A stretch of 64,000 nucleotides of DNA from Planctomycetota bacterium (lineage in GTDB: Bacteria; Planctomycetota; B15-G4), in the NCBI GenBank assembly GCA_965248575.1, contig CBDFJQ010000002.1:3929375-3993374 (forward strand). The letters run 5' to 3'. The notes below the pieces were generated by a model. The model did not search any database. It was not told the origin of the DNA and saw nothing but the letters and a program-made list of their open reading frames with translations. The position numbers were made by a program, and so were the translations under genes. Positions within the stretch are counted from its first letter, which is position 1. Every line of letters starts with the position of its first letter. Below are positions 1-9,468 of the stretch, in pieces.

Positions 1-429
1 ATCAATGGCAAAGCCATGTCGGATGAGGCCTTGAGATGGTCGCCGCTGAGGATGCCGAGACCGCCGGAGTAGATCGGCAGGCACTCGTGCAGGCCGTACT
101 CCGCGGAGACGTAGCAGATGGGGTCGCCGTCTTCGCTCGGGCGCGCGAGGTCCGCGTCGAACTTCTCGAGCACGGCGTTCATCTGGGCCAGGAAGCTCTC
201 GTCCTGGGCCAGGGCCTCCAGGTGCGCCGTGCGGCTGAGATGGATCAAACGCACAGGGTTCAGGTAGCGCGACCACAGATGCGGGTCGATGCGGCTGAAG
301 AGATCGCGCGCCTCACGATGCCACGTCCACCACATGTTGTAGGCCAGGTCCGTCAACCGGGCGATCGGTGCCGGGAGGTCCAGATGCTCGGGCGGGCGCG
401 TGGGGACGTTCAAGCTGTGGGTGCTCATG
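1..429 (-). CDS. alpha-glucan (glycogen) phosphorylase family protein, N-terminal 143 codons; gene runs off the window start
   Basis: Reverse-strand ATG at 427-429; translation MSTHSLNVPTRPPEHLDLPAPIARLTDLAYNMWWTW...YVSAEYGLHECLPIYSGGLGILSGDHLKASSD matches the conserved N-terminus of GT35 alpha-glucan phosphorylases. Absent from ORF track because no stop lies in-window. Confidence 0.8.
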
Positions 430-649
430 AGCGGTGCTGGGCTCAATCCGGGGGGCGGCAGGGAGAGGGGCGGAGGGGGTCAGCGCCTGGGGCGCTTGCC
501 CTGGGGGTGATGCGGACGGCTAGAATGCCTGCCCTTGTCGGCGCAGGCCAGTGATCGGGCGGCAATCCCCTGGGAGTCAGCCCAGGCAGATCGCACGGGC
601 CCTCCATCGTCGCGCAGCGGCAAGATCCTGTAATCGGAGCGACTCCTTC

Positions 650-2488
650 ATGTCCATCTCTTGGTCTTTGGTCGCTCTTGCGGCCCTGCTCGTCTCGGCA
701 GCCCCTGCGCAGGACGCGCCCTCCCCAGAACAGGCAGGCGGGGCGGACAGCGGATCGGGCGTGGCCGCCCGGGACAAGTCACTGGGGCCGAGTCTCTCTG
801 GCTTGCCCGTGGGGGCCACGATCCTGGCCCCCGGTGACCGCCCCCTGAGCCAGCGGCGCGGCCTGCTGGTTGTGTCGGGCCTGGACGGCCGACGTGTGGG
901 CGACGCGCGCATGATGCAGCGGGTCATCGAGAGCCTGGAAGCCCAGGAGAACCTCGCGGCACGGCTCGGTGACCGCATGCTGGTCTTCGTGCCCCGTGCA
1001 AACCCGGGTGGTTTTGGCAACCAAACCATGGGCGATGCCATCCCCGAAGGAGCGGTGGCGGGCAACCGTCGCCCCTTGGACCGGGACCGGGACGGTCGCA
1101 GCAATGAAGATGGGCCGTCGGACCTGGACGGCGACGGCTTCATCACTTGGATGCGCATCCCCGATGGGGCGGGCGAATGGGTCATGGATGAGCATGACCC
1201 GCGGGCTATGCGCAAGGCGCGCACCGAACGCGGCGAGCGCGGGACCCATCGCCTGCTACGCGAAGGGGTGGACCAGGATGGCGACGGCACCTGGTACGAA
1301 GACGACGGCCAGGGCGTGTTGCTCAACGAGAACTACCCCCATGGTTGGGACGAGTACCCGGCCCAGACCGGTGCCTATCCCCTGAGCGAACCCGCCAATC
1401 GGTCGTTGGTGGACTTCGTGCTCCAGCACCCCGGCCTGTTGGGCGTGGTGGTGGTGGGCGATGAGGACACGCTGGTGTCCCTGCCCCCGGAAGCAAAGAA
1501 GGTGGAGCGGGGCGGCTTCGGCGGTGGCTTCCGCAATGCCCTGGACGGTTTGTTGAAGGAGGACGTGGCCAGCTTGAAAGAGATCAAGCGCCGCTTCGAC
1601 GAGCTGGGTGAGGACAAGCACGAGGTGAAGGCCGACGGCCCCTCGGACGGCGGGCTGCTCGCCTGGGCGTACCACCAGGCGGGTCGTTGGCCCCTGGGCC
1701 TACGCCCCTGGGCAGCGCCCGAGAAGCTGGAGAAGAAGGACGACGAGAAAGATGGGGCTGATGGCGCCGACGCGGATGCCGACGCCGGGGTCGACGCGGA
1801 TGCCGACGCGGATGCCGATGCGGATGCAGACACCAAGCTCCCGAAGAAGAAGGGCGGCAAGGCCAGGCGCGGCAAGGACGTTATGGACGCCAAGGACGCC
1901 GACGAGGCGGGTGATCAGCCCACCAGCGACACGGACAGCCCGGTGCCAGCGGCGGTCTTGCAGTGGCTGGACACCCATCGCGAAGGCGCCGGCTTCCGGG
2001 AGTGGACCAGCTTCGAGCACCCGGAGCTGGGTGAGGTGGAGATCGGCGGGCTCACCGACGCCACCCTGCGCAGTGTGGGGCGTGACCCGGACGCGCAGCG
2101 CGCCTTCGCAGCGCGTCTGGAGAGTCTGTTGCTCGAAGCTCTCGACTGGTTCCCCGAGGTGGCCTTCGAAGACGTGGAGATCACGGACCACGGCGGCGGC
2201 GTCTACGCCATCGAGGTGGCGGTTGTGAACACGGGCGTCCTGCCCACGGCCAGCAAGCTGGGGGCAGACGCGCGCATCACGCGACCCATGCGCGTGCGGC
2301 TGCACTTGCCTGACGACATGCAACGCCTGACAGGCTCGAAGCAAGAGTTGATCCGCCGCCTTGAAGGAGGCGGTGGCCGCAGCGAGTTGCGTTGGATGGT
2401 GGCGGGAGGCGGCACGGGCAGCAAGCTCGTGCTCGAACTCGATGCCGACAGCGTGGAAGACATCGAGCTGGAGGTGGTGCTCCCATGA
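650..2488 (+). CDS. secreted M14-family zinc carboxypeptidase-like protein with Asp-rich calcium-binding-like motifs and a (DA)n low-complexity tract
   Basis: ORF 551..2488; ATG at 650 gives signal-peptide-like MSISWSLVALAALLVSAAPAQ. Motifs DRDRDGRSNEDGPSDLDGDG. Paralogous to the next gene. Start choice is inference. Confidence 0.7.
   Translation: MSISWSLVALAALLVSAAPAQDAPSPEQAGGADSGSGVAARDKSLGPSLSGLPVGATILAPGDRPLSQRRGLLVVSGLDGRRVGDARMMQRVIESLEAQENLAARLGDRMLVFVPRANPGGFGNQTMGDAIPEGAVAGNRRPLDRDRDGRSNEDGPSDLDGDGFITWMRIPDGAGEWVMDEHDPRAMRKARTERGERGTHRLLREGVDQDGDGTWYEDDGQGVLLNENYPHGWDEYPAQTGAYPLSEPANRSLVDFVLQHPGLLGVVVVGDEDTLVSLPPEAKKVERGGFGGGFRNALDGLLKEDVASLKEIKRRFDELGEDKHEVKADGPSDGGLLAWAYHQAGRWPLGLRPWAAPEKLEKKDDEKDGADGADADADAGVDADADADADADADTKLPKKKGGKARRGKDVMDAKDADEAGDQPTSDTDSPVPAAVLQWLDTHREGAGFREWTSFEHPELGEVEIGGLTDATLRSVGRDPDAQRAFAARLESLLLEALDWFPEVAFEDVEITDHGGGVYAIEVAVVNTGVLPTASKLGADARITRPMRVRLHLPDDMQRLTGSKQELIRRLEGGGGRSELRWMVAGGGTGSKLVLELDADSVEDIELEVVLP
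1766..1831 (+). repeat. in-frame (GAY-GCN)n coding microsatellite encoding ADADADAGVDADADADADADAD
   Basis: Direct reading of codons gcc gac gcg gat gcc gac ... gca gac inside the M14-like CDS. Confidence 0.8.
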
Positions 2489-2583
2489 CTTACTCGACGA
2501 CATCGATCACTGCAGGCCCGAAGCACGACACGAACGCAGCCAAGACGTTTCTTTTTCAGCCTCTGTCTTCCCGAGCACTTTCC

Positions 2584-4356
2584 ATGAGCCGTTCACCCTT
2601 CGTGTTCGTGTTGGCCCTGGCGCTGACCTTCAGTGCCTTGGTTCCTGTCTCGGCGTCGGCGCAGGCCGTGCGCACGCCAAAGGTGTCCATCGCCTGGAAC
2701 CGCTTCTACGACTACCAAGGCATCACGGACCTCTGCCGGCAGTTGGCGGAGAGTGCGCCGGAGCTGTGCACCCTCGAGTTCATCGGCGAGAGCGTCGAGG
2801 GGCGCCCCATGCCTCTGCTCACCATCCAGAACCCCAAGACGGGCGCGCAGGCGGACAAGGCCGCCATGTGGGTGGACGGCAATGTGCACGGCAACGAGGT
2901 GCAGGGCGCAGAAGCGGCGGTCTACCTGGCGTGGACCCTGCTGGAGCGCTACGAGGAGCTGGACAACATCACCGAGCTGGTGGACGAGCGGGTCTTCTAC
3001 ATCCTGCCCATGGTGAACCCCGACGGGCGCCAGTATTGGTTTGACGCGCCCAACACGATGAACAGTTCGCGCAGTGGCAAGAAGCCCTTGGACAACGACG
3101 GCGACGGCCTCTTCGACGAGGACGGGCCGGACGACCTGGACGGCGATGGCGAACTGCTCTCCATGCGCAAGAGGGTCGCGCCGGGCACCGGCACGCACCG
3201 CCTGGACCCCAACGACAAGCGGGTCATGATCTCGGTGCCGTCGGAGCTGCGGGTGGAAGCGGGGGCGGACTACATCCGCCTCGGACAGGAAGGCATCGAC
3301 AACGACAACGATGGCCGCACCAATGAGGACGGCCCCGGCGGCTACGACATGAACCGCAATTGGGGCAGCGGCTGGATGCCGCCCTACATCCAATACGGCG
3401 CGGGCGACTACCCCTTCAGCTTCCCTGAGACCGAGGCCATCGGGCGCTTCATCCTGGCGCGGCCGAACATCGCGGCGGTGCAGTCCTTCCACAACTCGGG
3501 CGGCATGATCCTACGCGGCCCGGGCGCCGCGGTGCGCGAGAGCTACTACCCGCGCAGCGACCTGCGGGTCTACGACGCCATCGCAGAGGAGGGCGAGAAG
3601 CTCCTGCCCCACTACCGCTCGCTCGTGATCTTCAAGGACCTCTACGACGTGCACGGTGGTTTCGTGGACTGGACCGCTGAGGGCTTGGGCATCATCTCAT
3701 TCACCAACGAGCTGTGGGCTGGCACCCAGGCATTCGGCGACCCGAACGACTCCAACGGGGGCTTCGACTTCGAGAACAGGACGGAACGTCAACTGGCCTT
3801 CGATGACCACGTGCTGTTTGGCGAGACCCACGTGGACTGGCACGAGGTGGAGCACCCCGACTACGGCACCGTCGAAGTGGGCGGCTTCCGGAAGATGACC
3901 GGCCGTGTGCCGCCGCCCTTCATGATCGAGGAGATGCTGCACCGCAACGCTGCCTTCTGCATCTTCCACGCGGAGCAGATGCCCAAGCTGCGGGCCGGGC
4001 CGCTGGAGATCAGCGAGCTGGCAGGCGGCGCCAAGGTGGTCACCCTGGAAGTGCATAACGAGCGTTGGATCCCCACCCGGGCCGGGGTGGCGGCTGACAA
4101 GAAGATCGGCCTGCCGGACTTCGTGACCCTTTCGGGTGATGACATCACGGTGATGGCCGGGGGCCCTGGCGCAGACCGCTTTGACCTCACGCGCTTCCAG
4201 GCCGTGGAGCATGAGCCGGAGCGCCTGCGCCTGGAGAGGGGGATTCCCGGCCACGGTTCCGAAAGGCTACGCTGGATCGTTCGCGGTTCCGGTGAATTGA
4301 CCATCACCGTGGACAGCCAGCACGCCCCGCTCCTGCAAGTGACCGGTTCGCTCTAG
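2584..4356 (+). CDS. secreted M14-family zinc carboxypeptidase
   Basis: ORF 2392..4356; ATG at 2584 gives signal peptide MSRSPFVFVLALALTFSALVPVSASAQA. Zinc-binding motif WVDGNVHGNEVQGAEA (HxxE); Asp-rich DNDGDGLFDEDGPDDLDGDG and DNDNDGRTNEDGP. Alternative start ATG 2485 overlaps the upstream stop (ATGA). Confidence 0.8.
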   Translation: MSRSPFVFVLALALTFSALVPVSASAQAVRTPKVSIAWNRFYDYQGITDLCRQLAESAPELCTLEFIGESVEGRPMPLLTIQNPKTGAQADKAAMWVDGNVHGNEVQGAEAAVYLAWTLLERYEELDNITELVDERVFYILPMVNPDGRQYWFDAPNTMNSSRSGKKPLDNDGDGLFDEDGPDDLDGDGELLSMRKRVAPGTGTHRLDPNDKRVMISVPSELRVEAGADYIRLGQEGIDNDNDGRTNEDGPGGYDMNRNWGSGWMPPYIQYGAGDYPFSFPETEAIGRFILARPNIAAVQSFHNSGGMILRGPGAAVRESYYPRSDLRVYDAIAEEGEKLLPHYRSLVIFKDLYDVHGGFVDWTAEGLGIISFTNELWAGTQAFGDPNDSNGGFDFENRTERQLAFDDHVLFGETHVDWHEVEHPDYGTVEVGGFRKMTGRVPPPFMIEEMLHRNAAFCIFHAEQMPKLRAGPLEISELAGGAKVVTLEVHNERWIPTRAGVAADKKIGLPDFVTLSGDDITVMAGGPGADRFDLTRFQAVEHEPERLRLERGIPGHGSERLRWIVRGSGELTITVDSQHAPLLQVTGSL

Positions 4357-4421
4357 CGGGCTCAGGAAGGGGCGCGTGGCCTGTTCGTGGTGAGAGGGTC
4401 GGTGGCCCCGGCGGCGCGACG

Positions 4422-5420
4422 ATGCGGCGGCAGCCCCAAGCCACCGTTCCAGCCAGTGACCGCCCTAAAGACAGCGAGCAAGCCGTGACCAACGACGCGT
4501 CCCCCGACTCCACCGAGCCACCCGTCGGCGACGGTGACAAACGGTCTCCCGAGGACATCCCGAGCCGCGGTCTGATCGTGGTGCACAAGCCTCGGGGTCT
4601 CACCTCGCGTCGGGCGCTGGACGTGGTGGAGCGCAAGCTCGACATCGGCGCCTTGGGCCACTGCGGCAGCCTCGACCCCCTGGCCACGGGCGTGCTCGTG
4701 CTGGTGGTGGGCAAGGCGCGCAAGATCCAGGACCTGGTGGTGCACGGCGAGAAGGTCTACGAGATCACGGCGACGCTGGGTGCGCGCACCGTGACGGACG
4801 ACGCCGAGGGCGAGTTGCAGATGACCGAACCCGCGCCGGAGCCACCCACGCGCGAGGCGATCGAGGAGGCCTTGGAACAGTTCCGGGGTGAGATCGAGCA
4901 GCTGCCCCCGACCTACAGCGCCGTGAAGGTGGACGGCAAGCGCATGCATCGCGAGGCCCGCAAGGGCAACCCCGTGGTGGCCAAGCCGCGCAACGTCAGC
5001 GTGCACGAGCTGACCCTCAGCAAGTACGAATGGCCCGAAGTACACCTGCACATGCGCTGCGGCGCGGGCACCTACGCCCGGGCTATCGCCCGCGACCTGG
5101 GCAATGTCCTGGGCACCGGCGGCTACATGTCCAACCTGGTGCGCACACGCGTGGGTTCTCTAGAGCTGAAGGACGCCATCCTGCCCGACGAGGTCGAGCT
5201 GGAGCATGTGCTGGGCATCGAGTCAGCGCTCAAGGAGTTCCCGCGCCTCAACGTGCCGCTGGAGCAACGGCACCTGCTGAGTCGCGGCCAATCCCTGCGC
5301 ACACCTCCGGGCTTCCCGACCGCAGAACCCTGTTTCGCCTGGGTCGGCGGCGAGGTGGTGGCCTCCATCACCTTCACCAACAACGGCACCAAGTACCGGA
5401 CCAAGCGCCTGCTGGTGTGA
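4422..5420 (+). CDS. truB: tRNA pseudouridine(55) synthase TruB
   Basis: Motifs LIVVHKPRGLTSRRALD and GHCGSLDPLATGVLVLVVG are TruB signatures; start may lie downstream of 4422 (N-terminal extension). Confidence 0.85.
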   Translation: MRRQPQATVPASDRPKDSEQAVTNDASPDSTEPPVGDGDKRSPEDIPSRGLIVVHKPRGLTSRRALDVVERKLDIGALGHCGSLDPLATGVLVLVVGKARKIQDLVVHGEKVYEITATLGARTVTDDAEGELQMTEPAPEPPTREAIEEALEQFRGEIEQLPPTYSAVKVDGKRMHREARKGNPVVAKPRNVSVHELTLSKYEWPEVHLHMRCGAGTYARAIARDLGNVLGTGGYMSNLVRTRVGSLELKDAILPDEVELEHVLGIESALKEFPRLNVPLEQRHLLSRGQSLRTPPGFPTAEPCFAWVGGEVVASITFTNNGTKYRTKRLLV

Positions 5421-5436
5421 GTGGCTGCGGGCTTCG

Positions 5437-6786
5437 CTAGAACTGCAGGCTGTCCATCAGCCCGTTGAGCCAGGCGAAAACATCCTGCTGTGCCTGGGTG
5501 CTGCCGGGGAAGAGGTTGTCGTCCTCGAAGGGGTCCTGGGGGATGTTGAAGAAGCCCACCGGCGGGACGGGGCCCGCTGGTTGGTTCTTGACGAGCTTCC
5601 AGCGTTCGCTGCGCACGGCGCGCCGGTGTTGCTGGTAGGGCGGCTGACCGTTGGGCCGGAAGGTCTCGGAATAGACGGCGTTGCGGGCAGAAGGTTGGCG
5701 CGGCGCGATGAGGTTCGCGAAGAAGGACACGCTGTCCTCGGCTTCGGTTGGGATGGGCGCACCCACCATCTCGCAGATGCTGGCGTAGATGTCCGTGACG
5801 CCCACGAGCGCCGGCTCTTCGCGACCCGGGTGTGTGACGCCGGGCCCGGTGACGATCAAGGGCACGTGGATGCCGTACTCCGTGACGTGTCCTTTGGCGC
5901 TGAAGACGCCGGGCAGGGCTGCCGACGGGGAACCATTGTCGCCCACGAACACGATCCAGGTGCGGTCGAGCACCTCGGCCGGAATGCTGCCGAGCAGGCG
6001 CCCCAGCTCCGTGTCCATGGCTTCGATGGCGGCCTGGTGCAGCTCGCTCGGGGAGCTGTTGGTGTCCACGTCCACCGTGATCAGGTCGGCGGGCGGAACG
6101 TGGTACGGCGTGTGCGGAGCGTTGAAGGCCAGCCACACGAACCAGGGTTCCTGGCCCGCGTCCTGGATGGCGGCCAACGCGTCATCGACCTGGTCCGTGG
6201 TGAGATAGGTGTTGGTGACGACCGACTGGGTGTTGCCGGAGCCGTCGGCGACGTTCTTGGTCCAGTTGAAGTACTTGAGCGGGTCGTTGCCGGGGTTGAG
6301 CCCGATTCCGGTGTGGCGATCGAAGCCGAAGAGGATGGGGTGCTGGAAGCCGGTGCCGCCCGAGGACTCCTTGATGTTGAGGTGCCACTTGCCCACGGCC
6401 GTGCTGTGGTGCGTTGCGGAGAGCACGTCGGCGAGGCTGAGCTCGGCAGGGTCTGCCTCGATGCCGCCCGAACCTCCGCTCCAGGAGACGCCCCGGCCGA
6501 TGCCCGTGCGGAACGGATGGCGCCCGGTGAGCATGGCCGAGCGGGTGGGGCTGCAGAGCGGCTCGGAGTAGGCGTTGCGGAAGAGCACGCCGGCCCGGGC
6601 CAGCAGGTCGAGGGTGGGCGTGGGTGGGTTCGGCACGGTGCCCAGGCCGTAGGCGGGGGTGCGCTCCACGCCCATGTCGTCCGCGATGACCACCAGTACA
6701 TTGGGCGGCGGGGGCGAACCCTCGGGCTCCCCCAGCTGCGACAGCTGCGCCAGGCATGCAAGCAGTAGAGCCAGGGTGAGAGACAC
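5437..6786 (-). CDS. sulfatase (arylsulfatase family), secreted
   Basis: GTG start; signal peptide MSLTLALLLACLAQL; sulfatase signature CSPTRSAMLTGR (C-x-P-x-R) near the N-terminus. Confidence 0.85.
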   Translation of the reverse strand: MSLTLALLLACLAQLSQLGEPEGSPPPPNVLVVIADDMGVERTPAYGLGTVPNPPTPTLDLLARAGVLFRNAYSEPLCSPTRSAMLTGRHPFRTGIGRGVSWSGGSGGIEADPAELSLADVLSATHHSTAVGKWHLNIKESSGGTGFQHPILFGFDRHTGIGLNPGNDPLKYFNWTKNVADGSGNTQSVVTNTYLTTDQVDDALAAIQDAGQEPWFVWLAFNAPHTPYHVPPADLITVDVDTNSSPSELHQAAIEAMDTELGRLLGSIPAEVLDRTWIVFVGDNGSPSAALPGVFSAKGHVTEYGIHVPLIVTGPGVTHPGREEPALVGVTDIYASICEMVGAPIPTEAEDSVSFFANLIAPRQPSARNAVYSETFRPNGQPPYQQHRRAVRSERWKLVKNQPAGPVPPVGFFNIPQDPFEDDNLFPGSTQAQQDVFAWLNGLMDSLQF

Positions 6787-6858
6787 GAAGCACGCCAGTT
6801 GGGAGAGGACGACATGCTGAGTTTATCACCCCTCAGAAAGGCTGGGAGCGAAGCCCGT

Positions 6859-7416
6859 CTAGCGAAAGCGCCCCTTCACGATGCCGGCGATGGCCAGGCC
6901 TGCAAGGAACCAACCGACGACGTGCTCCACGAAGCTGGCTGCGATGCGGTCGCTGGGGAAGAGGTACCAGTTCCAATAGGGCAGCTCGATGGCGAGCCAG
7001 GCGAAGACTCCCAACAGCGTGACGACGATCAGGCGCGCCGCGTAGAAAGTGGCCGACTGGGCCACGATCAAGCACGCCACCCAGGCGGCAACTACGGCCA
7101 TGAGCAGCCCCATACCGAGCTGCTTGGGGGAGGTGGGGTCGTCGCCCTCCGGGCTGTACACGATGAGCGCACGCGGGCCGGCGCGGTATTGCTCCTTCCA
7201 GGCCTCCCGTTGCTCGTCGCTGTCGCCCGCCTCGGCGTTGGGCACCATGTACATGCCCGCTTCGACCCCGGAGTCCTTGAGGACCGAGGCCACGGCCTCG
7301 ACGTTGGGCAGCGCGCCGATGCCCATATGCCCCAAGGGCAGCATCATGTGCGCCACCATGCCCCACACGAAAACGATCAGCCCGCCGACGAGGCCTCCTA
7401 GCACGATGCGTTTCAT
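6859..7416 (-). CDS. hypothetical integral membrane protein
   Basis: ORF with several hydrophobic helices (MKRIVLGGLVGGLIVFVWGMVAH...); start overlaps the stop of the upstream small ORF by 1 nt (TGATG). Confidence 0.6.
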   Translation of the reverse strand: MKRIVLGGLVGGLIVFVWGMVAHMMLPLGHMGIGALPNVEAVASVLKDSGVEAGMYMVPNAEAGDSDEQREAWKEQYRAGPRALIVYSPEGDDPTSPKQLGMGLLMAVVAAWVACLIVAQSATFYAARLIVVTLLGVFAWLAIELPYWNWYLFPSDRIAASFVEHVVGWFLAGLAIAGIVKGRFR

Positions 7417-7640
7417 CAGCGACCCAACTTCGTGCTGATCCAGAAGTACAGGCAGCCGATCACAACGACCAGCACGATCATGGAGAGGCGCTGGTTGCGC
7501 ACGGCGATGGACTGCCGCGCCAGGGCCGTCTCGGTGTACTTGGCGCTGCGCTCCGCGCTCTCGCGCTCTTGCTTCATCTGAGTCTTCACCAGCTCACGGA
7601 TCTCGATCAACGTGGCCTGGATGTCGTCCAGGTCTGCCAT
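7416..7640 (-). CDS. small membrane-anchored protein, likely co-transcribed with 6859..7416
   Basis: 74-aa ORF with C-terminal hydrophobic segment IVLVVVIGCLYFWI; translational coupling to the downstream gene. Confidence 0.5.
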   Translation of the reverse strand: MADLDDIQATLIEIRELVKTQMKQERESAERSAKYTETALARQSIAVRNQRLSMIVLVVVIGCLYFWISTKLGR

Positions 7641-7810
7641 GGCCTTGCCCCGGGAGGTGATGCGCCGGAGTGTCAGCCGGCGCGAAGGCCGTACGATATC
7701 AGGACCGGAATTCTTCTTGGAGTGCTGTCGAAAGGCCGGGCCCTCTTTCGACGGGTGATTGAAGGTGGCAACAGAGCTGCCTGGAAACCACGCAGATGGA
7801 GCTGAGAACC

Positions 7811-8194
7811 ATGCGGTACCTGTTGTTGATCAACTCGAGCGAGACGCTGGAAACGGACATGAGCCCGGAGCAGATGGGCGAGATCATGGAGGGCTATGGC
7901 CGCTTCGGCGAAGAGCTGGAGGCTGCTGGGGCGAGCCTCGAATCGGCCCGGCTACAGCCAGCAGCCAGCGCCACCACCGTGCGCATCCGGGACGGAAAGC
8001 TGAGCACGACGGACGGCCCCTTTGCGGAGACCAAGGAGACCCTGGGCGGTTTCTACCTGATCGAGGCACCCGACTTGGATGCCGCCATCGCCTGGGCCGC
8101 GAAGATCCCCTCGGCCTCCTTCGGCGGCGTGGAAGTGCGCCCGCTCTGGGAGCCCGAGGACTACGAGCTGCCGTCCGGGGACCTCGCTCGGTGA
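7811..8194 (+). CDS. YciI-like (DGPF) domain protein
   Basis: MRYLLLINSSE...DGPFAETKETLGGFYLIEAPDLDAAIAWAAKIP matches the YciI/DGPF family pattern; ATG 7811 preferred over ORF-track start 7796. Confidence 0.75.
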   Translation: MRYLLLINSSETLETDMSPEQMGEIMEGYGRFGEELEAAGASLESARLQPAASATTVRIRDGKLSTTDGPFAETKETLGGFYLIEAPDLDAAIAWAAKIPSASFGGVEVRPLWEPEDYELPSGDLAR

Positions 8195-9468
8195 GAGAGG
8201 CAGCGCAGACCGTGGAGGCCGTGTTTCGGGAGGAGCACGGCTTCCTGCTCGCCTCGCTGATCCGTCGTTGCGGCGACTTCGAGCGGGCCGAGGAGGCTCT
8301 GCAAGATGCTCTGGCTGTGGCCCTGGAGCGTTGGCCGAAGGACGGCATGCCGCACACGCCCGCGGCGTGGATCCTGCGCACCGCCCAGAACCGATTGATC
8401 GATGTGCTGCGTCGGGATGCGCGCCGGCCGGACAAGGAAGCGTTGGTCGCTCGTCCCGAAGCCAGCACGACCCAGGCCCCGGCCGAACGGGAAGAAGCCG
8501 ACGCCTTCCCCGCGAACGACGACCGGCTGCGCTTGCTGTTCACCTGCTGCCACCCCGCCTTGTCGGCGGATGCGCAATCGGCCTTGCTGCTCAACGCCCT
8601 GGGTGGCTTGAGCACGCGCGAGATCGCCCGGGCCTACCTCACCAGCGAGGCCACCATGGCCCAGCGCCTGGTGCGCGCGAAGCGCAAGATCCGTCAGGCA
8701 GGCATCCCCTTCCGGGTGCCCGAGGCAGAGCAATTGCCTGAGCGCTTGGGCGTCGTGCTGCGGGTGGTCTACCTCGTGTTCAACGAAGGCTATGCCGCCA
8801 GCGAGGGCGTGGCACTGCTGCGCGGCCCGCTTTGCACGGAGGCGATCCGGCTGGGGCGCTTGTTGCTGCAGTTGATGCCGGAGCAGACCGAGGCTGCGGG
8901 GCTGCTGGCCCTGATGCTCTTGCAGGATGCCCGGCGCGAGGCTCGGGTCGGCCCCGAGGGAGAGCTGATCCGCTTGCGCGACCAGGACCGCAGCTTGTGG
9001 GATGCGCAAGCCGTAGCCGAAGGGCTCGCGCTGCTGGAGACGAGCTTGCAGGCTCGGCGGCCGGGGCCGTACCAGGTGCAGGCGGCGCTCGCGGCCCTGC
9101 ACGCCGAAGCCCCGGACGGGCCCTCCACGGACTGGCCCCAGGCGGTGCGGCTCTACGATGTGCTGCTGGAGATGGAGCCGTCGCCGGTGGTGGCGCTCAA
9201 CCGGGCGGTGGCCGTGTCCATGGCTTCAGGGGCGGAGGCAGGGCTCGCGGCCCTGGCTGTGATCGAGCAGGACGGCAGCTTGCAGGACTACCTTTATCTG
9301 CACGCCACCCGAGCGGAGTTCTTGAGCGAGGCTGGGCATTGGGAGCCCGCACGCGCGGCTTACGAGAGGGCCATCGAGCTGGCGAGCAACCTGACGGAGC
9401 GTCGTTTCCTTCAGCAGCGCTTGGAGCGGGTGCTGCAACGCATCACCAGTACGCGTCCAGACCAATGA
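8191..9468 (+). CDS. RNA polymerase sigma factor with long C-terminal extension (YciI-associated ECF-like type)
   Basis: GTG at 8191 overlaps the YciI stop (GTGA). Sigma region-2-like ALQDALAVALERWP and region-4-like LSTREIARAYLTSEATMAQRLVRAKRKIR, followed by a long helical C-terminal domain. The 569-aa track ORF 7759..9468 is trimmed to this start. Confidence 0.75.
   Translation: MREAAQTVEAVFREEHGFLLASLIRRCGDFERAEEALQDALAVALERWPKDGMPHTPAAWILRTAQNRLIDVLRRDARRPDKEALVARPEASTTQAPAEREEADAFPANDDRLRLLFTCCHPALSADAQSALLLNALGGLSTREIARAYLTSEATMAQRLVRAKRKIRQAGIPFRVPEAEQLPERLGVVLRVVYLVFNEGYAASEGVALLRGPLCTEAIRLGRLLLQLMPEQTEAAGLLALMLLQDARREARVGPEGELIRLRDQDRSLWDAQAVAEGLALLETSLQARRPGPYQVQAALAALHAEAPDGPSTDWPQAVRLYDVLLEMEPSPVVALNRAVAVSMASGAEAGLAALAVIEQDGSLQDYLYLHATRAEFLSEAGHWEPARAAYERAIELASNLTERRFLQQRLERVLQRITSTRPDQ

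Noticed and set aside
36-554. Plus-strand 172-aa ORF at the window start
   Set aside because: Antisense to a clearly recognisable alpha-glucan phosphorylase N-terminus on the minus strand; Ala/Arg/Val-rich shadow ORF typical of high-GC DNA.
5581-6768. 395-aa plus-strand ORF (and 6081..6815, 6182..6829 minus-strand frames)
   Set aside because: All overlap the sulfatase gene, which carries the C-x-P-x-R signature; alternative frames are compositional artefacts.
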